The translations under genes were made by a program, and so were the position numbers. From NCBI RefSeq assembly GCF_004010195.1, contig NC_057718.1:89134787-89178496 (forward strand): a DNA stretch of 43,710 nucleotides, in the 5' to 3' direction. Shown here piece after piece: positions 11,811 through 25,010 of the stretch (the first letter of the stretch is position 1; each line of letters starts with the position of its first letter). Source of the DNA: Chiloscyllium plagiosum. Taxonomy: Eukaryota. The notes under the pieces are model-generated. The model had not been told where the DNA came from and did no database searches. It worked only from the letters and a program-made list of their open reading frames with translations.

Positions 11811-12159
11811 TTATCAAAACTTCATGGTTTCTATTTAGTTGTGAACATAGGAAACCTTGAGGCAGAAACATTACAAAATTTGGAGGGGGCAGATGTAAGT
11901 TCTGTAATATATAAAGATTCTTCTTAGCGAGAGGCAGGTAAATCTCGTCATCAGAATTTGTCTATCAACCTGTCAGATATCCAGTGAATAAATAAATCTC
12001 TCCTAACCGTTTCTCTCAGGTGTTCATTGTGAAACCTCACTCAAAGAGATTTGAAGGTAACGTGTGGAGATGTTCAAACTCATAGCTGTGTACCAGGAAA
12101 TGAGATTGTGTTGTAGACTGTGCTGCTTTAAAAGTAACAAAGGTTTTACACAAAGTAGG

Positions 12160-12645
12160 AAGATAGGAAAGAACAAAGGCAGGCTATTCAGCCCCTCAGG
12201 GCTATCCCACCATTCAGTTAGACTCAGTTCATTTATATCTTAATTTAATATGCCTGTCATGTTTCCATACCTTTAAAGCCCTTGTCAAACAAACATGTTG
12301 AAATATTCCAATGTCCTTCTCTCAATAGCTTTTTATGGAGAGAGCTCCTGATTTCCAATATCTTTTGTGTGGAGAAGTGATTTTTGATCTCAGCCTGAAC
12401 AGCCAAGTTCTGATTTTGTGTTTATGCTTGTCTGTTCTGAGCCCCCCCAGTAGAGGAAATAGTTACTTCCTATCTAGATATTTTCCGAATCAACCTGTTC
12501 ACCGATGTTCTGAAACACATCCAGTGAATGTAGGCCTCGTGGCTCAAAGGTAGCGTTACTACTATTGTGCCACAATAGCCTCTTTCTCCTACCTATCTTA
12601 CCAAATCCTTAAATCGTCTTAGCCTCCTCAATTAGGTCATCCCTT
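12160..12645 (-). mobile_element. Old CR1 3' fragment
   Basis: Tail caggctattcagcccctc..ccaccattcagttaga followed by degenerate ORF2 C-terminal sequence. Confidence 0.55.
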
Positions 12646-12649
12646 TATA

Positions 12650-14290
12650 AGCAACAAAGAACAGTACAGCACAGGAACAGGCCCTTCGGCCCTCCAAGCC
12701 TATGCTGACACATTTTGCCCTTCCATACTAAAACTGTCTTCACTTACTGGATCTGTATCCCTCTATTCCCTTCCTATTCATGTATTCATTCAGGTGCCTC
12801 TTGAATGCTGTTGTTGTGTCTGCTTCCCCCACCTCCTCTGGCAGCATGTTCCAGGCACTCACCACTCAATATGTGAAAAACCTGCCTCACACATCTGTTT
12901 AAACTTCCTCCCCCGCAACTTGAACCTGTGTCCCCTCGTAATTGACCCCTCCACCCTGGAAAAAAGCCTCATACTTTCCACTCCATCCATGCCATTCACA
13001 ATCTTTTAAACTTCTATTTGATTGCCCCTCAACCTCCTGCGTTCCAGTGAAAACAAACCCAGTCTATCCAACCTACCTTCATGGCTAAAATCCCCCATGG
13101 TGAAAGTGAGGACTGTAGATACTGGAGATCAGAGTCAAGAGTGTGGTGCTGGAAAAGCACAGCAAGTCAGGCAGCATCCAAGGAGCAGGAGAATCGACGT
13201 TTCAGGCAAAAGCCCCAAAATGTCGATTTTCCTGTTCCATGGATGCCTGATCTGCTGTGCTTTTCCAGCACCACATTCTTGGCTAAAATCCCATATACCA
13301 GCAACATCCTGGTAAACCTTTTCTGTACCTTTCTCTAAAGCATTCACATCGGTCTGGTAGTGTGGTGACCAGAACTATACGCAATATTCCAAGTGTGGCC
13401 TAACTAAAGTTCTATAAAGCTGCTGTATAACTTGTCTATCCTTATACTCAGTGCCCCTTCCAATGAAGGCAAGCATGCCATAAGCCTTTTTTACCACCTT
13501 ATCTACCTGTGCTGGCACCTTCAGTGATCTGTGGACCTGCACACCCAGATCCCTCTGCATATCAATATTCCTAAAGGTTCTGTCATTCATTGTATAATTT
13601 CCACCTATACTTGACCTTCCAAAATGCATCATCTCACTTTTGTCCAGATTAAACTCCATCTGCCATTCTTCTGTCCATGCCTCCAACTGATCTATATCCT
13701 GCTGTATCCTCTGACAATCCTCCTCATTATCCGCAACTCCATCAATCTTTGTATCACCAGCAAACTTATTAATTAGACTAGCTATGTTTTCCTCTAAATC
13801 ATTTATGTAGATCATGAACAGTGGAGGTCCCAGCACTGATCCTTGTGGAACACTACAAGTCACAACCCTCCATTGTGAAAAGCGTCCTTCCACTGCCACC
13901 CTCTGTCTCCTGTGACTAAGCCAGTTCTGCATCCATTTTTCCAGCTCACCCCGATATCATGTGACATCACCTTTTGCACCAGTCTACCATAAGGGACCTT
14001 GTCAAAGGCTTTACTGAAGCTCATGTACACAGCATCAACCGCTTTTCCCTCATCAATCATCTTCGTCACCTCCTCAAAAAAGTCGATTAAGTTAGTGAGC
14101 CACAACCTCCCCCATCTAAAGCCATGCTGTCTGTCACAAATCAATAAATTTGCTTCTAAATGTGTATAGTTCTAGACTCTGAGAGTTTTTTCCAATAATT
14201 TCCCGACCACCAAAATGAGACACATGGGTCTGTAATTTCTAGGATTATCCCTGCTTCCCTTCATAAACAATGGGACAACATTGACTATTT
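12650..14290 (-). mobile_element. CR1 LINE RT domain to 3' end, 5'-truncated, interrupted by a fold-back PLE insert
   Basis: ORFs 13860-14144 (QHGF..LTNLIDFFEEVT..SFSKAFDKV) and 13375-13932 (VPQGSVLGP..YINDL..KFAGDTK..LVRPHLEYC). Confidence 0.95.
13099..13279. mobile_element. Fold-back (inverted-repeat) PLE family A insert with 13-bp TSD
   Basis: Arms about 13137-13203 and 13217-13280 are reverse complements; TGGCTAAAATCCC at 13082-13094 and 13280-13292. Confidence 0.85.
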
Positions 14291-14618
14291 ATCTATGATT
14301 TATCTATTAATCTATGATGGTCAAGAGAATACATGATCAGCCTGTGCAACTGGTCCTAATAACTTGATTCTTTTTGCCAATTATATTTGAAGAAATTGTC
14401 AATGGTATTACACAATGTAACCGAGTGCATTAACAGGGTTGAATGGTCTTTGATTCATGTGGTCAGTGTCAATGTAATCTGTAAATACTCGTTCCAAACT
14501 GAGCCCGATGCTGAGCTGTCAGTGTCATGTACAAATGTATGTTTGCTCTGTGCCTTGTGTTCACTGTCATTCGTATGTGTGTGTGTCTCTAATGCGGTCT
14601 TTTCCCCCACTCCCCCAG

Positions 14619-14757
14619 GATTTGTGGATTTAACACTTCATGACCAGGTGCAACTGCTGGAATGCTGCTGGTTAGAAATTTTGATGATTGGCCTTGTCTG
14701 GCGCTCCATGGAACATCCCGGAAAGCTCATATTTGCACCAGATCTGGTTTTGGACAG
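14619..14757 (+). CDS. esr1: Estrogen receptor alpha, ligand-binding domain exon (equivalent to human ESR1 coding exon 5)
   Basis: Pyrimidine tract ending cccccAG|GA at 14618/14619; donor GACAG|GTAC at 14757/14758; 139 bp. Translates (G)[45 protein letters not shown](R), matching human ERalpha 366-412. Leu at the L384 position favours alpha over beta. Confidence 0.93.
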
Positions 14758-14975
14758 GTACTCCCATCTTAGTTCATTAGTTTGCACAGATGTGGTTTTG
14801 GACTCTTGCAGATTTTTAAGGTACATTGGCCAGATGCGTTATCCTGAGCCAAAGTCCTTTCTTTCCCGAACACCCTTCTGACTCTGTGTGGATGGGTTGA
14901 GGAACACAGGCTGTAGAAACACTTCTTGCTTCAACTCTAAAGATGGTTAGTGCTGGTTGGAGGCAGAATTATAAT

Positions 14976-15185
14976 TTCCTCCCACAGTCCAAAGAGGTGC
15001 AGGTTAGGTGGATTGGCCATGCTAAATTGCCCGTACGGTCCAGGGATGTGCAGGTTAGGTGGATTAGCCATGGGAAATGGAGGGTGATAGGGTAGGGGTG
15101 TGGGTCTGTGTGGGATGCTCTTTGGAGGGTCAGTGTGGACTCGATAGGCCGAATGGTCTGCTTCCACACTGTGGGGAATCTATGA
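14976..15185 (+). mobile_element. 5'-truncated HE1-type SINE
   Basis: TTTCCTCCCACAGTCCAAAGA..GGATTGGCCATGCTAAATTGCCC..TTCCACACTGT tail. Confidence 0.88.
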
Positions 15186-16689
15186 TATCCCGCTCCACCA
15201 TGCCCAAATCCGACCTTTTAGATTGGACCTTGGATTTTGTGAAGCACATTTACAGGCAAGAAGTGGACAACTTGACAAGCAATGGACCAAGTATGTTCAT
15301 TCCACATTCTGACTGTTTGCTTCCTGCTTCTTTGTAGGCATCTAAGTACCTGAATAGGGGGCTGCTTAAATAGGCAAGCTGTGTATCCAGTGCCAGTTTG
15401 GGCCCCTATTATTGGGAAACTGAGCAGTAAATGGCAAGGACAGACATGCAGTGGGTGTACTACTGTCGACACTCAATAGCCAAGCCAGTAACCTGGAGGG
15501 ATTGATTCACTTGCCTTATACCAGAGCTGGGAATAGCTTTTCCAGCTCCGCAACCACAAAGCATTGCCAACCATCGCTCACCTTCACTCTACTTTCCCCA
15601 TGTCGAGTGGGGAGTTTAAAATTAGCTCAAGAGAATCGTGGAGTGACAGTATGGGACAGTGAGAAGGATAGAGAGTACATAAATGTCCAAATATGTGCAA
15701 ACTCAACAGACTGGGAAAGCACACTGAATCACACAACTGCGAAGGGTTGGGCAGAATAACAAACACATTTTACACACTGTGTACAAAATAATGTGACCTT
15801 CTGAGAGAAATGGGAAAACAATGTTGAAAAAGTACCCCAGTCAATGGGGCTGCAGTTCGTTCCTTGTGATTGTAACTTTCACAACAGAGAAAGACGTTAG
15901 CAAATCATAATGGGGCAAGATGGTGGAAGAATGCCCACCAATTTTATATACTTGTATCAGGTTGTCCCTCAGTTTTACATGCTGCATGGGCAGAAGATTA
16001 GGAGTTGGAGAGGGGAAGAAAAAGAGCCTGTCTTTGCTTTCCCTGGGATTGCAGCAATGTCTGGTGAGCTGCTTAGTTCCCTAAGGAAGTCCGGAGTCCA
16101 ATACAATGGAAGCAGAGAAGCAACTCACAATCGTGTTAATACTGCAGATTAGGGAGAAACAAATTTGCATTTCTGTTCTATTTCTGCCACATTCTGAATT
16201 TGGTGGTTCTTGAATTTGGACCCCTGTTAACGTAGACTAAAGTTCCAAATTTGAATTTGTTACTTGCCTTATCCACATCTAATTCAGATTTGCAGTCAGT
16301 CTTGGCCTGTGAAACAACACTCGGTCAGTCCAGATGCATTTTAAAAGTAGCACATTTGAAGCATACCTTTGAGGCTCCAGTGTTCACAGTGACTGTACTC
16401 TTGCCATTTGCAAGATGTGGCGATACATCCAAAAGGCATTCCATTAACTTTCAGTAATGTTTCTTGGCAACACGTACGTTTAAACATTAAAGAATCTCTG
16501 GCAAGTGGCTGTGTGACTGGAACAGAAATTGAAACCTTGATTAGTAATGCAGGTGACATCTTAGTGGAGAGAGGTAGGATGTTGATATGGGACATAGGGT
16601 CCATGAGATTGACAGAAAAAGGATTGCTGCAGATACCAGACAGGCAGATTATAAAATCACCGCTTTCCATGCAGCAAAGGACTTGTTTA

Positions 16690-18390
16690 CATAGAGTCAT
16701 AGAGATGTACAGCATGGAAACAGACCCTTCGGTCCAACCCATCCATGCCAACCAGATATCCCAACCCAGTCTAGTCCAATCTGCCAGCACCCGGCCTATA
16801 TCCCTCAAAACCATTCCTATTCATATACCAAATGCCTCTTAAATGTTGCCATTGTACCAGCCTCCACCACTTCCTCTGGCAGCTCATTCCATACCCGTAC
16901 TATCCTCTGTGTGAAAACGTTGCCCCGTAGGTCTCTTTTATATTTTTCCCCTCTCACCCTAAACCTATGCCCTATCGTTCTGGACTCCCTGAACCCAGGG
17001 AAAAGACTTTGCCTATTTACCCTATCCATGTCCCCCATAATTTTGTAAACCGCTATAAGGTCACCCCTCAGCCTCCGACGCTCCAGGGAAAACAGCCCCA
17101 GCCTGTTCAGCCTCTCCCTATAGCTCGAATCCTCCAACCCTGGCAACATCCTTGTAAATCTTTTCTGAACCCTTTCAAGTTTCACAACGTCTTTCCGATG
17201 GGAAGGAGACCAGAATTGCATGCAATATTCCAACAGTGGTCTAACCAATGTCCTGTACAGCCGCAACATGACCTCCCAACTCCTGTACTCAATACTCTGA
17301 CCAATAAAGGAAAGCATACCAAACGCCTTCTTCACTATCCTAANNNNNNNNNNNNNNNNNNNNNNNNNNNNNNNNNNNNNNNNNNNNNNNNNNNNNNNNN
17401 NNNNNNNNNNNNNNNNNNNNNNNNNNNNNNNNNNNNNNNNNNNNNNNNNNNNNNNNNNNNNNNNNNNNNNNNNNNNNNNNNNNNNNNNNNNNNNNNNNNN
17501 NNNNNNNNNNNNNNNNNNNNNNNNNNNNNNNNNNNNNNNNNNNNNNNNNNNNNNNNNNNNNNNNNNNNNNNNNNNNNNNNNNNNNNNNNNNNNNNNNNNN
17601 NNNNNNNNNNNNNNNNNNNNNNNNNNNNNNNNNNNNNNNNNNNNNNNNNNNNNNNNNNNNNNNNNNNNNNNNNNNNNNNNNNNNNNNNNNNNNNNNNNNN
17701 NNNNNNNNNNNNNNNNNNNNNNNNNNNNNNNNNNNNNNNNNNNNNNNNNNNNNNNNNNNNNNNNNNNNNNNNNNNNNNNNNNNNNNNNNNNNNNNNNNNN
17801 NNNNNNNNNCTTCTTAAACAGTGGCACCACGTTAGCCAACCTCCAGTCTTCCGGCACCTCACCTGTGACTATTGATGATACAAATATCTCAACAAGAGGC
17901 CCAGCAATCACTTCTCTAGCTTACCACAGAGTTCTCGGGTACACCTGATCAGGTCCTGGGGATTTATCCACCTTTACCCGTTTCAAGACATCTAGCACTT
18001 CCTCCTCTGTAATCTGGACATTTTGCAAGATGTCACCATCTATTTTGCTACTTTCTATATCTTCCATATCCTTTTCCACAGTAAATACTGATGCAAAATA
18101 CTCATTTAGTATCTCCCTCATTTTCAGTAGCTCCACACAAAGGCCACCTTGCTGACCTTTGAGGGGCCCTATTTTCTCCCAGTTACCCTTTTGTCCTTAA
18201 TATGTTTGTATAAACCCTTTGGATTCTCCTTAATTCTATTTACTAAAGCTATCTCATGTCCCCTTTTTGCCCTCCTGATTTCCCTCTTAAGTATACTCCT
18301 ACTTCTTTTATACTATTCTAAGGGTTCACTCGATCTATCCTGTCTGTACCTGACATATGCTTCCTTCTTTTTCTTAACCAAACCCTCAAA
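16690..18390 (-). mobile_element. Young CR1 LINE ORF2 (RT region to 3' tail) spanning the assembly gap
   Basis: ORF pieces ILNEYFASVFT..KSPGPD; GEVPEDWRLANVVPLFKK; LVRPLLEYCMQFWSP..LERRRLRGDLI..FTQRIVRVWNELP; tail ATGACTCTAT. Confidence 0.95.
17344..17809. other. Assembly gap (466 N)
   Basis: Run of N inside a CR1 RT. The equivalent segment in the 12650-14290 copy is roughly 760 bp, so the true gap may be longer. Confidence 0.99.
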
Positions 18391-18749
18391 TTAAAGACGT
18401 TACAAACAAAGGCTAGGAAACTGGTTAGGATAGGGACCACACAAAACAATTCCCACCTCTCCGCCTTTGCAATCAAAGGGTTTTTCTGGGCAGAAGAACA
18501 TCACAGTATCAGATTACTGGGATCCTAGTTGTGGCGCTTTTCACTTGAGAGTTATCATGAACTCTTTCCATCTTATGCTTTATTTGCAGCTAAGCACCTG
18601 CAGCCTGCTGAAGGTTATCATAAGAATGTCATATCATTTCTCTCTCTTGCTGTTCCTTTGATACGTCCACTGCACCTCAAACAATTCATTGTCATCCATT
18701 GATTTCTAATCGAACCTTTCTCTGTGTTATTGCTTACATTAGACAGCAT

Positions 18750-19373
18750 TAGGGTGGAATTTAATGCCCTCGCTATTTTAGAATGGGGGCGGCATTTAAT
18801 TCGTGAGGGGAGGGAGCTGGGTGAGAACCCGTGAGGTGCATGGCTTTCCCGCCTTGATGCCAGTTGTGGCCCTCAGGTGACCACCCCATCTCACTGCCGC
18901 TGGTGGTCTACCCACTGATGGGAAGGCAGCCATCACAGACAAATCCCAAGCAACACACTTAGTTGTGTTTGGTTGCTGAGCTCTTGATCGGGATGGGTCT
19001 AGTGGCATGACTTGTTCAAACACAATCGATGCCTCATCGAGGGACCCAGCATCATGAGGGTGGGGGGAATTGTGGGATGGAGGAAAATTCTGGTAACTCT
19101 GGAGCATCAACTTAAATGGAATTCTTAATACTCCACCAATTTTCAACCAAACTACCCCCTTTCCCTCCATAATCAGTACATAACAGTGAGTGGGCGGTGT
19201 TGTCACCCATTGGGGGTCCATTCTGCGCCTAGCCATGAGGTATCAACTTGCTGTCTGGCCACTAAACCTGATCAATCTACTGCTGTGGAAATTGTCAATC
19301 TTCCTTCCCAATGGGCAACTAGCCTGCTTGACCTGTCTTAGCATCTGGACACTGGTTAAAAAAAATCTATCCC
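18750..19373. mobile_element. Possible degenerate non-autonomous DNA transposon (Harbinger-like MITE)
   Basis: GC-richer island with imperfect inverted ends AGGGTGGAATTTAA ... TTAAAAAAAATCTATCCCT; resemblance to shark GGGC(A/G)GAATTT-ended elements is from memory only. Confidence 0.3.
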
Positions 19374-20558
19374 TCAGTTTCTTTGCACAGTCTCCAAACC
19401 ATTCAATTAACTGCCACAAAATCTTCACTAAGACATGAGGATACAGCCATCACAGTGTGAGTTATAGGGGTTATTGTCGAATAGAATAGAATATCCTTTT
19501 ATATCACACATACTTTATTGTAGGAATACAATGAAAAGCTTTTACAATGTCTGCCTCTTATGGTGACATCTTAGGTGAAAGTGCCTAGGTATTTTTGGCT
19601 ATTGACTGTTACTGTTATCAGTGTTACTCCAAAAGTTTCTCTTGACTTCATATAATAAGTAGTGGTAACTCAGCTCACATCTTGAGGCAAGTTTGACCAT
19701 TCAACATTTCACTTTGAGTGATTGTAGCTATGTCTATTTTCCTATTTGACCTGTGTATCTTTTCAAATTAGCTTTGTACGCAGCCTTCAGAAGGTACAAG
19801 TCCATGTGTAAACTTAATTGGGCTCTGAATCATGAATATTCTTTCAACACTCAGTTTAAAGATATTAATACCAGACCGCTGGTCAAGAGTGAATCGAACA
19901 GTATCTGCAATCAATTAGAGTTAGCCTTGCGCATTTATGATTTTGAAATTGCTTGCAATGGGCAAGATGTTGAAATGTGAGTTTATAACAGCAAAGCAAG
20001 GGAAACTGGGTGGCTGGGACCTGAGCAAACTGCACAAGCTACTGTGTATTTTCTGAAACAATTAGGTTTGAGGATTGTGAAATTAACAGCTCAAGGACTG
20101 AGAAGGAAGTGTAAATGAAGTGGGAAGTTCAATGTCAAATCAGGTGCACGAGAAAAATACAAAGGGAAAGGAAGATTGGATTATGAGAAAACAAGAGATA
20201 CAGAAAGGAGAAGGAAACAGAATAAAATTTATTTTCTTAAAATCTCTGAAGTAAACATTGGAGGAATACAATTCCACACTCGTATTAATTAATTTTAGTA
20301 GCCAGGGATGTTGTCTGGTAATAATAAACTCGAATCATATTGTTAAAGGGTACTTAGACTCACATTGACAAGATTTGGTTCAATGGGTTGAGTTTAGTCT
20401 GTATAAACCGCATAAATGCAACAATTTGTTGCAATTCAATGCGATTTTAATGGTGAGGCAGACAGTGAGCTATTTTCACAAAGATAATGGCAAATAATTC
20501 AGACAGGAGCTTTCAGATATTTCAGTTTAACAGTGCATTTGGCCACAGCCTGAAGTTA

Positions 20559-20785
20559 GGCAGATGTGGTACTGCAGTTGCTGGAGAATTAGAGTCAAGA
20601 TTCTGTGGTGCTGGAAAAGCACAGCAGGTCAGGCAGCATCTGAGGAGCAGGAAAATCGATGTTTCAGGCAAAAGCCCTTCATCAGAAAGAGCTGAAGGGC
20701 TTTTGCTGAAACGTCGATTTCCCTGCTCCTCAGATGCTGCCTGACCTATCGTGCTTTTCCAGCACCACTCTAATTTTGACTCATT
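20559..20785. mobile_element. Fold-back PLE family A insert with 11-bp TSD
   Basis: Arms about 20592-20683 and 20692-20782 are reverse complements; GCCTGAAGTTA at 20548-20558 and 20786-20796. Confidence 0.87.
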
Positions 20786-20955
20786 GCCTGAAGTTATCTG
20801 AGAGGAATATCTGGACCATTAAAGACCATCCTGTTGAGAAATGTTTCAGCCAGTAACGTAGGGAACTGTCTTCATGGGTTCCCCACATTTACCCTAATCC
20901 AAGTAGTGCCTGATTATTCCATCCAAGTGTGTTAAGGAGAGACGTCATCCCTTAA

Positions 20956-21316
20956 GGGTGGCATGATGGCTCAGTGGTTAGCACTGCTGCCTCACAGCGC
21001 CAGGGACTGGAGTTCGATTCCAGCTTTGGGGTAACTCTCTATGTAGAGTTTGCAAGTTCTCCCTGTGTCTATGTGTGTTTCCTCCCACAGTTTAAAGGTG
21101 TACAGGTTAGGTGGATTGGCCACACTAAATTGCCCCACTGTGTGCAGGGATATGAGGACTAGGTGGGTTATCTCTGGTAAAATACCCCATAGTGTGTGGG
21201 CTAGGTGGGTTAACTATAGTAATTGTGGGTTACAGAGATAGGGTAGGATACTCTTCAGAGAGTTGGTGCGGAATTGATGGACCAAAAATCCTCGGCCTAC
21301 ATAGAGATTCTGTGAT
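20956..21316 (+). mobile_element. HE1-type SINE
   Basis: A-box TGGCTCAGTGG, B-box AGTTCGATTCC, HE1 core and tail. Confidence 0.88.
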
Positions 21317-21631
21317 TGATAAACTGTAATCATTAAAACACCCTAAAATCTTTAAAATTGGATTATCAAAAAAGAAAGCTTTCTATTACCTGACTGACCT
21401 TGGGTTGAAGGTCTTATTCGCAGCCACAAGCTGACATTAGTGAGATATCCCAGGCCCACCCATCATTAATTAGCCACATGAGAAAGCTGAAAGGTATTTT
21501 TCATTTGAAAATGTGGAATTCCATTGTTATAACTTGAGAAACATCCTCTCTTGTTTAAAATCATTGTGATTGAATGACTTACTTTTCTCTCATCTCTATC
21601 TTCTCTTTGCAGAGATAGCAGTTTGCTCAGG

Positions 21632-21710
21632 TATAGAATCCCTACAGGCTGTTTGGCCCATCCAGACCACCCCAACCCTCTGAAGAACATCCCACTCAGA
21701 CCCATTCCCT
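21632..21710 (-). mobile_element. HE1/CR1-type 3' tail fragment abutting a truncated CR1 RT
   Basis: tagaatccctacag...ctgaagaacatcccactcagacccattccct matches the tails of the SINEs at 8755 and 10188. Confidence 0.6.
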
Positions 21711-23556
21711 CAAATGAGTCATCCTCAAAGAATTCAGTAAGGCTTGTGAGGCATGACCTGCCCTGACAAAGTCATGCTGACTATCTCTAATCAAACTATG
21801 GTTTTCCAAATAATCATAAATCCTCTCTCTCAGAATCCTCTCCAATATCTTGCCCACCACTGACGTAAGACTGACTGGTCTGTAATTTCCAGGATTATCC
21901 CTATTCCCTTTCTTGAACAAGGGAACAACATTTTCCAACCTCCACACATCTGGCACTACTCCAGTGAACAGTGAGGAAGCAAAGATCATTCCCAAAGGTG
22001 TAGCAAACTCTTCCCTCGCTTCCTGTACTAACCTAGGGTATATCCCGTCTTGCCCAAGGGATTTATCTATCCTTATGTTTTTCAAACTTTCCAGCACATC
22101 CTCCTTATTAACCTCAACTTGTTCTAGCAGATCAGTCTGTTTCATGTTGTCCTCAGAAACGTCAAAGTCCCTCTCACTTGTGAATACTGAAGCGAAGTAT
22201 TCATTAAGGACCTCCCCTATCTCCTCTGACTCCCAGCGCAAGTTCCCTCCGCTATCCCTGACTGGCCCTACCCTCACTCTGGCCATCTTCTTGTTCCTTA
22301 CGTAAGTGTAGAACGCCTTAGGGTTTTCCTTAATCCTATCAGCTAAAATTTTCTCATGCCTCCTTCTAGCTCTCTTAAATCCATTCTTCACTTCTTCCTG
22401 GCTAGCTTGTAATCCTCTAGAGCCATGTCAGATCCTTGCCTCCTCAACCTTAAATAACCTTGCTTCTTCCTCTTGACTAGATTGTCCACATCCCTTGTCA
22501 CCCAAGGTTCCTTCACCCTACCATTCCTTCCTTACCTCAGTGTCCAGCACTATCAGCAGGTGCTTCCTAAACAACCTTCACATTTCTGTTGTGCATTTCC
22601 TTGACAACACCCGTTCCCAAGTTAGGCTCCCCAGTTCCTGTCTTACAGCATTGGAATCCTCCCTCCCCCAATTAAATACTTTCCCATACCGTCTACTCTT
22701 ATCCCTCTCCATGAGTATAGTAAAAGTCATGGAGTTGTAATCACTATCACCGAAATGCTCTCTCACCGAGAGATCTGACACCTGGTTCGTTATCAAGCAC
22801 CAAATCCCATAAGGCCTCCCCTCTAGTCGGCCTATCTACATATTGCACCTGGAACCTTTTCTAAACACACACCTGACAAAAACTGCTCCATCCAAATTAT
22901 TTGAACTAAGTAAGTTCCAATCAATATTAGGTAAGTTAGACTCACCTATGACAACAATCCTGCTACTGCACATTTCCAAAACCTGCTTCCCAATCTGCTC
23001 CTCTGTGTCTTTATTGCTGTTGGGGGGATTCTGTAGAAAACTCCCAATAGGGTGACTGCTCCTTTCCTGTTTCTGCCTTCCACCCCTACTGACTCTGCAG
23101 ACAAACCCTCCTCGACAATCTCCCTGTCTGCAGCTGTGATACTATCCCTGATTAGCAATGCCCCTCCCCTACTTCTTTTACCTTCCCCCCCAGTTCCTTT
23201 TGAAACATCTAAACCCTGAAATATCCAACAACCACTCCTGCCCCTGTGATATCCAAGTCTCCATAATGGCCACAACATCATAGTTCCAAATACTAATCCA
23301 TGCTCTGAGTTTATCACCCTTATTCCTAATACTTCTTGCACTAAAATAGACACATTTCAACCCATCACACTGGCTGTACCTTTGCCCTATCAAGTGCCTG
23401 TCCCTCCTCACAGACACTGCACGCTGTATTTGGCTGTTCACTACCTACTCCAGCATCTGATCCGTAGCTCAGGTTCCCACTCCCCTGCAAATTTAGGTTA
23501 GACCCTCGTAAAGAATTCTAGCAAACCTCCTGCCCAGCATATTGGTGCCTCTCCAG
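21711..23556 (-). mobile_element. CR1 LINE fragment: ORF1 C-terminus, AP endonuclease and N-terminal RT
   Basis: WRGTNMLGRRFAR (ORF1 end); CVYFSARSIRNK..YDVVAIMETW; EHFGDSDYN; NPKAFYTYV..PGNYRPVSLTSVVGKILE..SQHDF. Confidence 0.95.
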
Positions 23557-24224
23557 AACTGTAAATTTCACTACTGCTAAAGAAACAGGATCACAGCTCA
23601 ACAGTTGAACACGTCTTCTCACCTTCACAACCCAATGGACTCTTAAGATCTGTAACTCCATTTGCCTTTACCTTCCTGTCTGTACTATATACCCTATCCC
23701 CCACCCTCACCAATTTACAAATGTGTGACTTACAAACACTCATACTTGTGAACATGATCTCATACAGGGATGTAATTGTAAAGATCCAACAGGTGAACAT
23801 TTCCTGTATTGATGAACGGTTACTCTATACTGCCATGCATTGTGTTCCAACTTAAATACAAATCGACTTGCGAACTGACTCAAGCACGAAACTCATTCAC
23901 AATCTGGGAACTGCATGTATCATTAACGTTAATGATTGCCTGCATTACCATTTGTTCCTTTCTGTAATTCCTGTCACAATTTGCTTGATCTTTCAAGAAA
24001 AACATTGCAAGCCACATGTCTGCAACTTCCACCTCTGTTGACTTCTGTACCACCTCAGCTCATTGGCTGAGACCCTCACCATCCCCGTGTTACCTCTATA
24101 AACACAAATTGTGATTGTTCTTCTTTATCTTATTGCAATCTAGCTCCAAGTAACACAAACCTGTTTTCAATGGCAAAGCTTTCCCATTTGAACTTTTTTT
24201 TATAAAGGAATGTAACACTGATTA

Positions 24225-25010
24225 CATAGAAACGATAGGAAGAGGAATTAGGGACAATCAACCCCTTAATTATTCCAATCGATTATTGATGATCTCTATC
24301 CCAACTACATTTTCCTGATTGCAAACTTTCTGCTTTTACCCAACAAACATCAATCTCACTCTTGAAACCCTTGCATTGTGCTGGTTTCCCAGTCTTTCAG
24401 AGGACTGAGTTTTGAATTTTTCTGGCTCTCTCTGTGAAAATCTGCTTCTGATTTCACTCTGAGATGGTCGAAGTCTAATTTGAAGCTTATGTCGCCTCAC
24501 TCTTGATAACCTCATGAGAGGAAACCATTTCTTGGCATCTATGCTTTCAAAATCCTTTTACATTTTTAAACATCAATCAATTGCCTCTTCATCTTCTAAA
24601 CTCATTCGTATAGAAACCCTACTTGTGTAATCTGTCCTCACAAATTCATTCTTTTTACTAATCTGGTGGTTCAGCCCTGTAATCCCTCTGACACTAGGAT
24701 ATCCTTTTGCAGATGTGTTGCTCAAAGCTACAGTATTCTAGGTAGAGGCTCAACCAAGGCTCTGTGCAACTGAAGAATCTCTTCCATCTCTTTGTATTCT
24801 CGCCTGTTTGAGATAAAAGCCACCCATTTTTGGTTTACTTACAATACCTGGCTACCAGCTTTCAATAGTTTGTGCACTTGGACTCTGAAATATCTTTGCT
24901 ACTCCACAATTCCTAGTCACTGACTATTTCAAAAATATTTTTAAATATTTGGATCCAAGTTAGTTGCAAGTGTAATACTGTATTTGCCACATATTTGAGT
25001 TGACTATCTT
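24225..25010 (-). mobile_element. Old, highly diverged CR1 3' portion
   Basis: Degenerate equivalents of LIDVYKM..KGF and LVEPLLEYC motifs with a catagaaa-type tail at the left end. Confidence 0.6.

Noticed and set aside
14387..14881. 164-aa ORF as a standalone gene
   Set aside because: Only 14619-14757 is ER-like and it is bounded by canonical splice sites; the flanks are chance open intron sequence.
16817..17911. Long ORFs of 175-364 aa
   Set aside because: Artefacts of translating through the N gap inside a CR1 element.
19950..20545. Possible old DNA-transposon-derived repeat
   Set aside because: Only a vague resemblance to shark repeats; no TIR, TSD or coding motif I can demonstrate.
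21696..23556. Active autonomous LINE
   Set aside because: Frameshifts split the endonuclease and RT, and the RT is truncated before its catalytic motif; no intact ORF2 is visible in the window.
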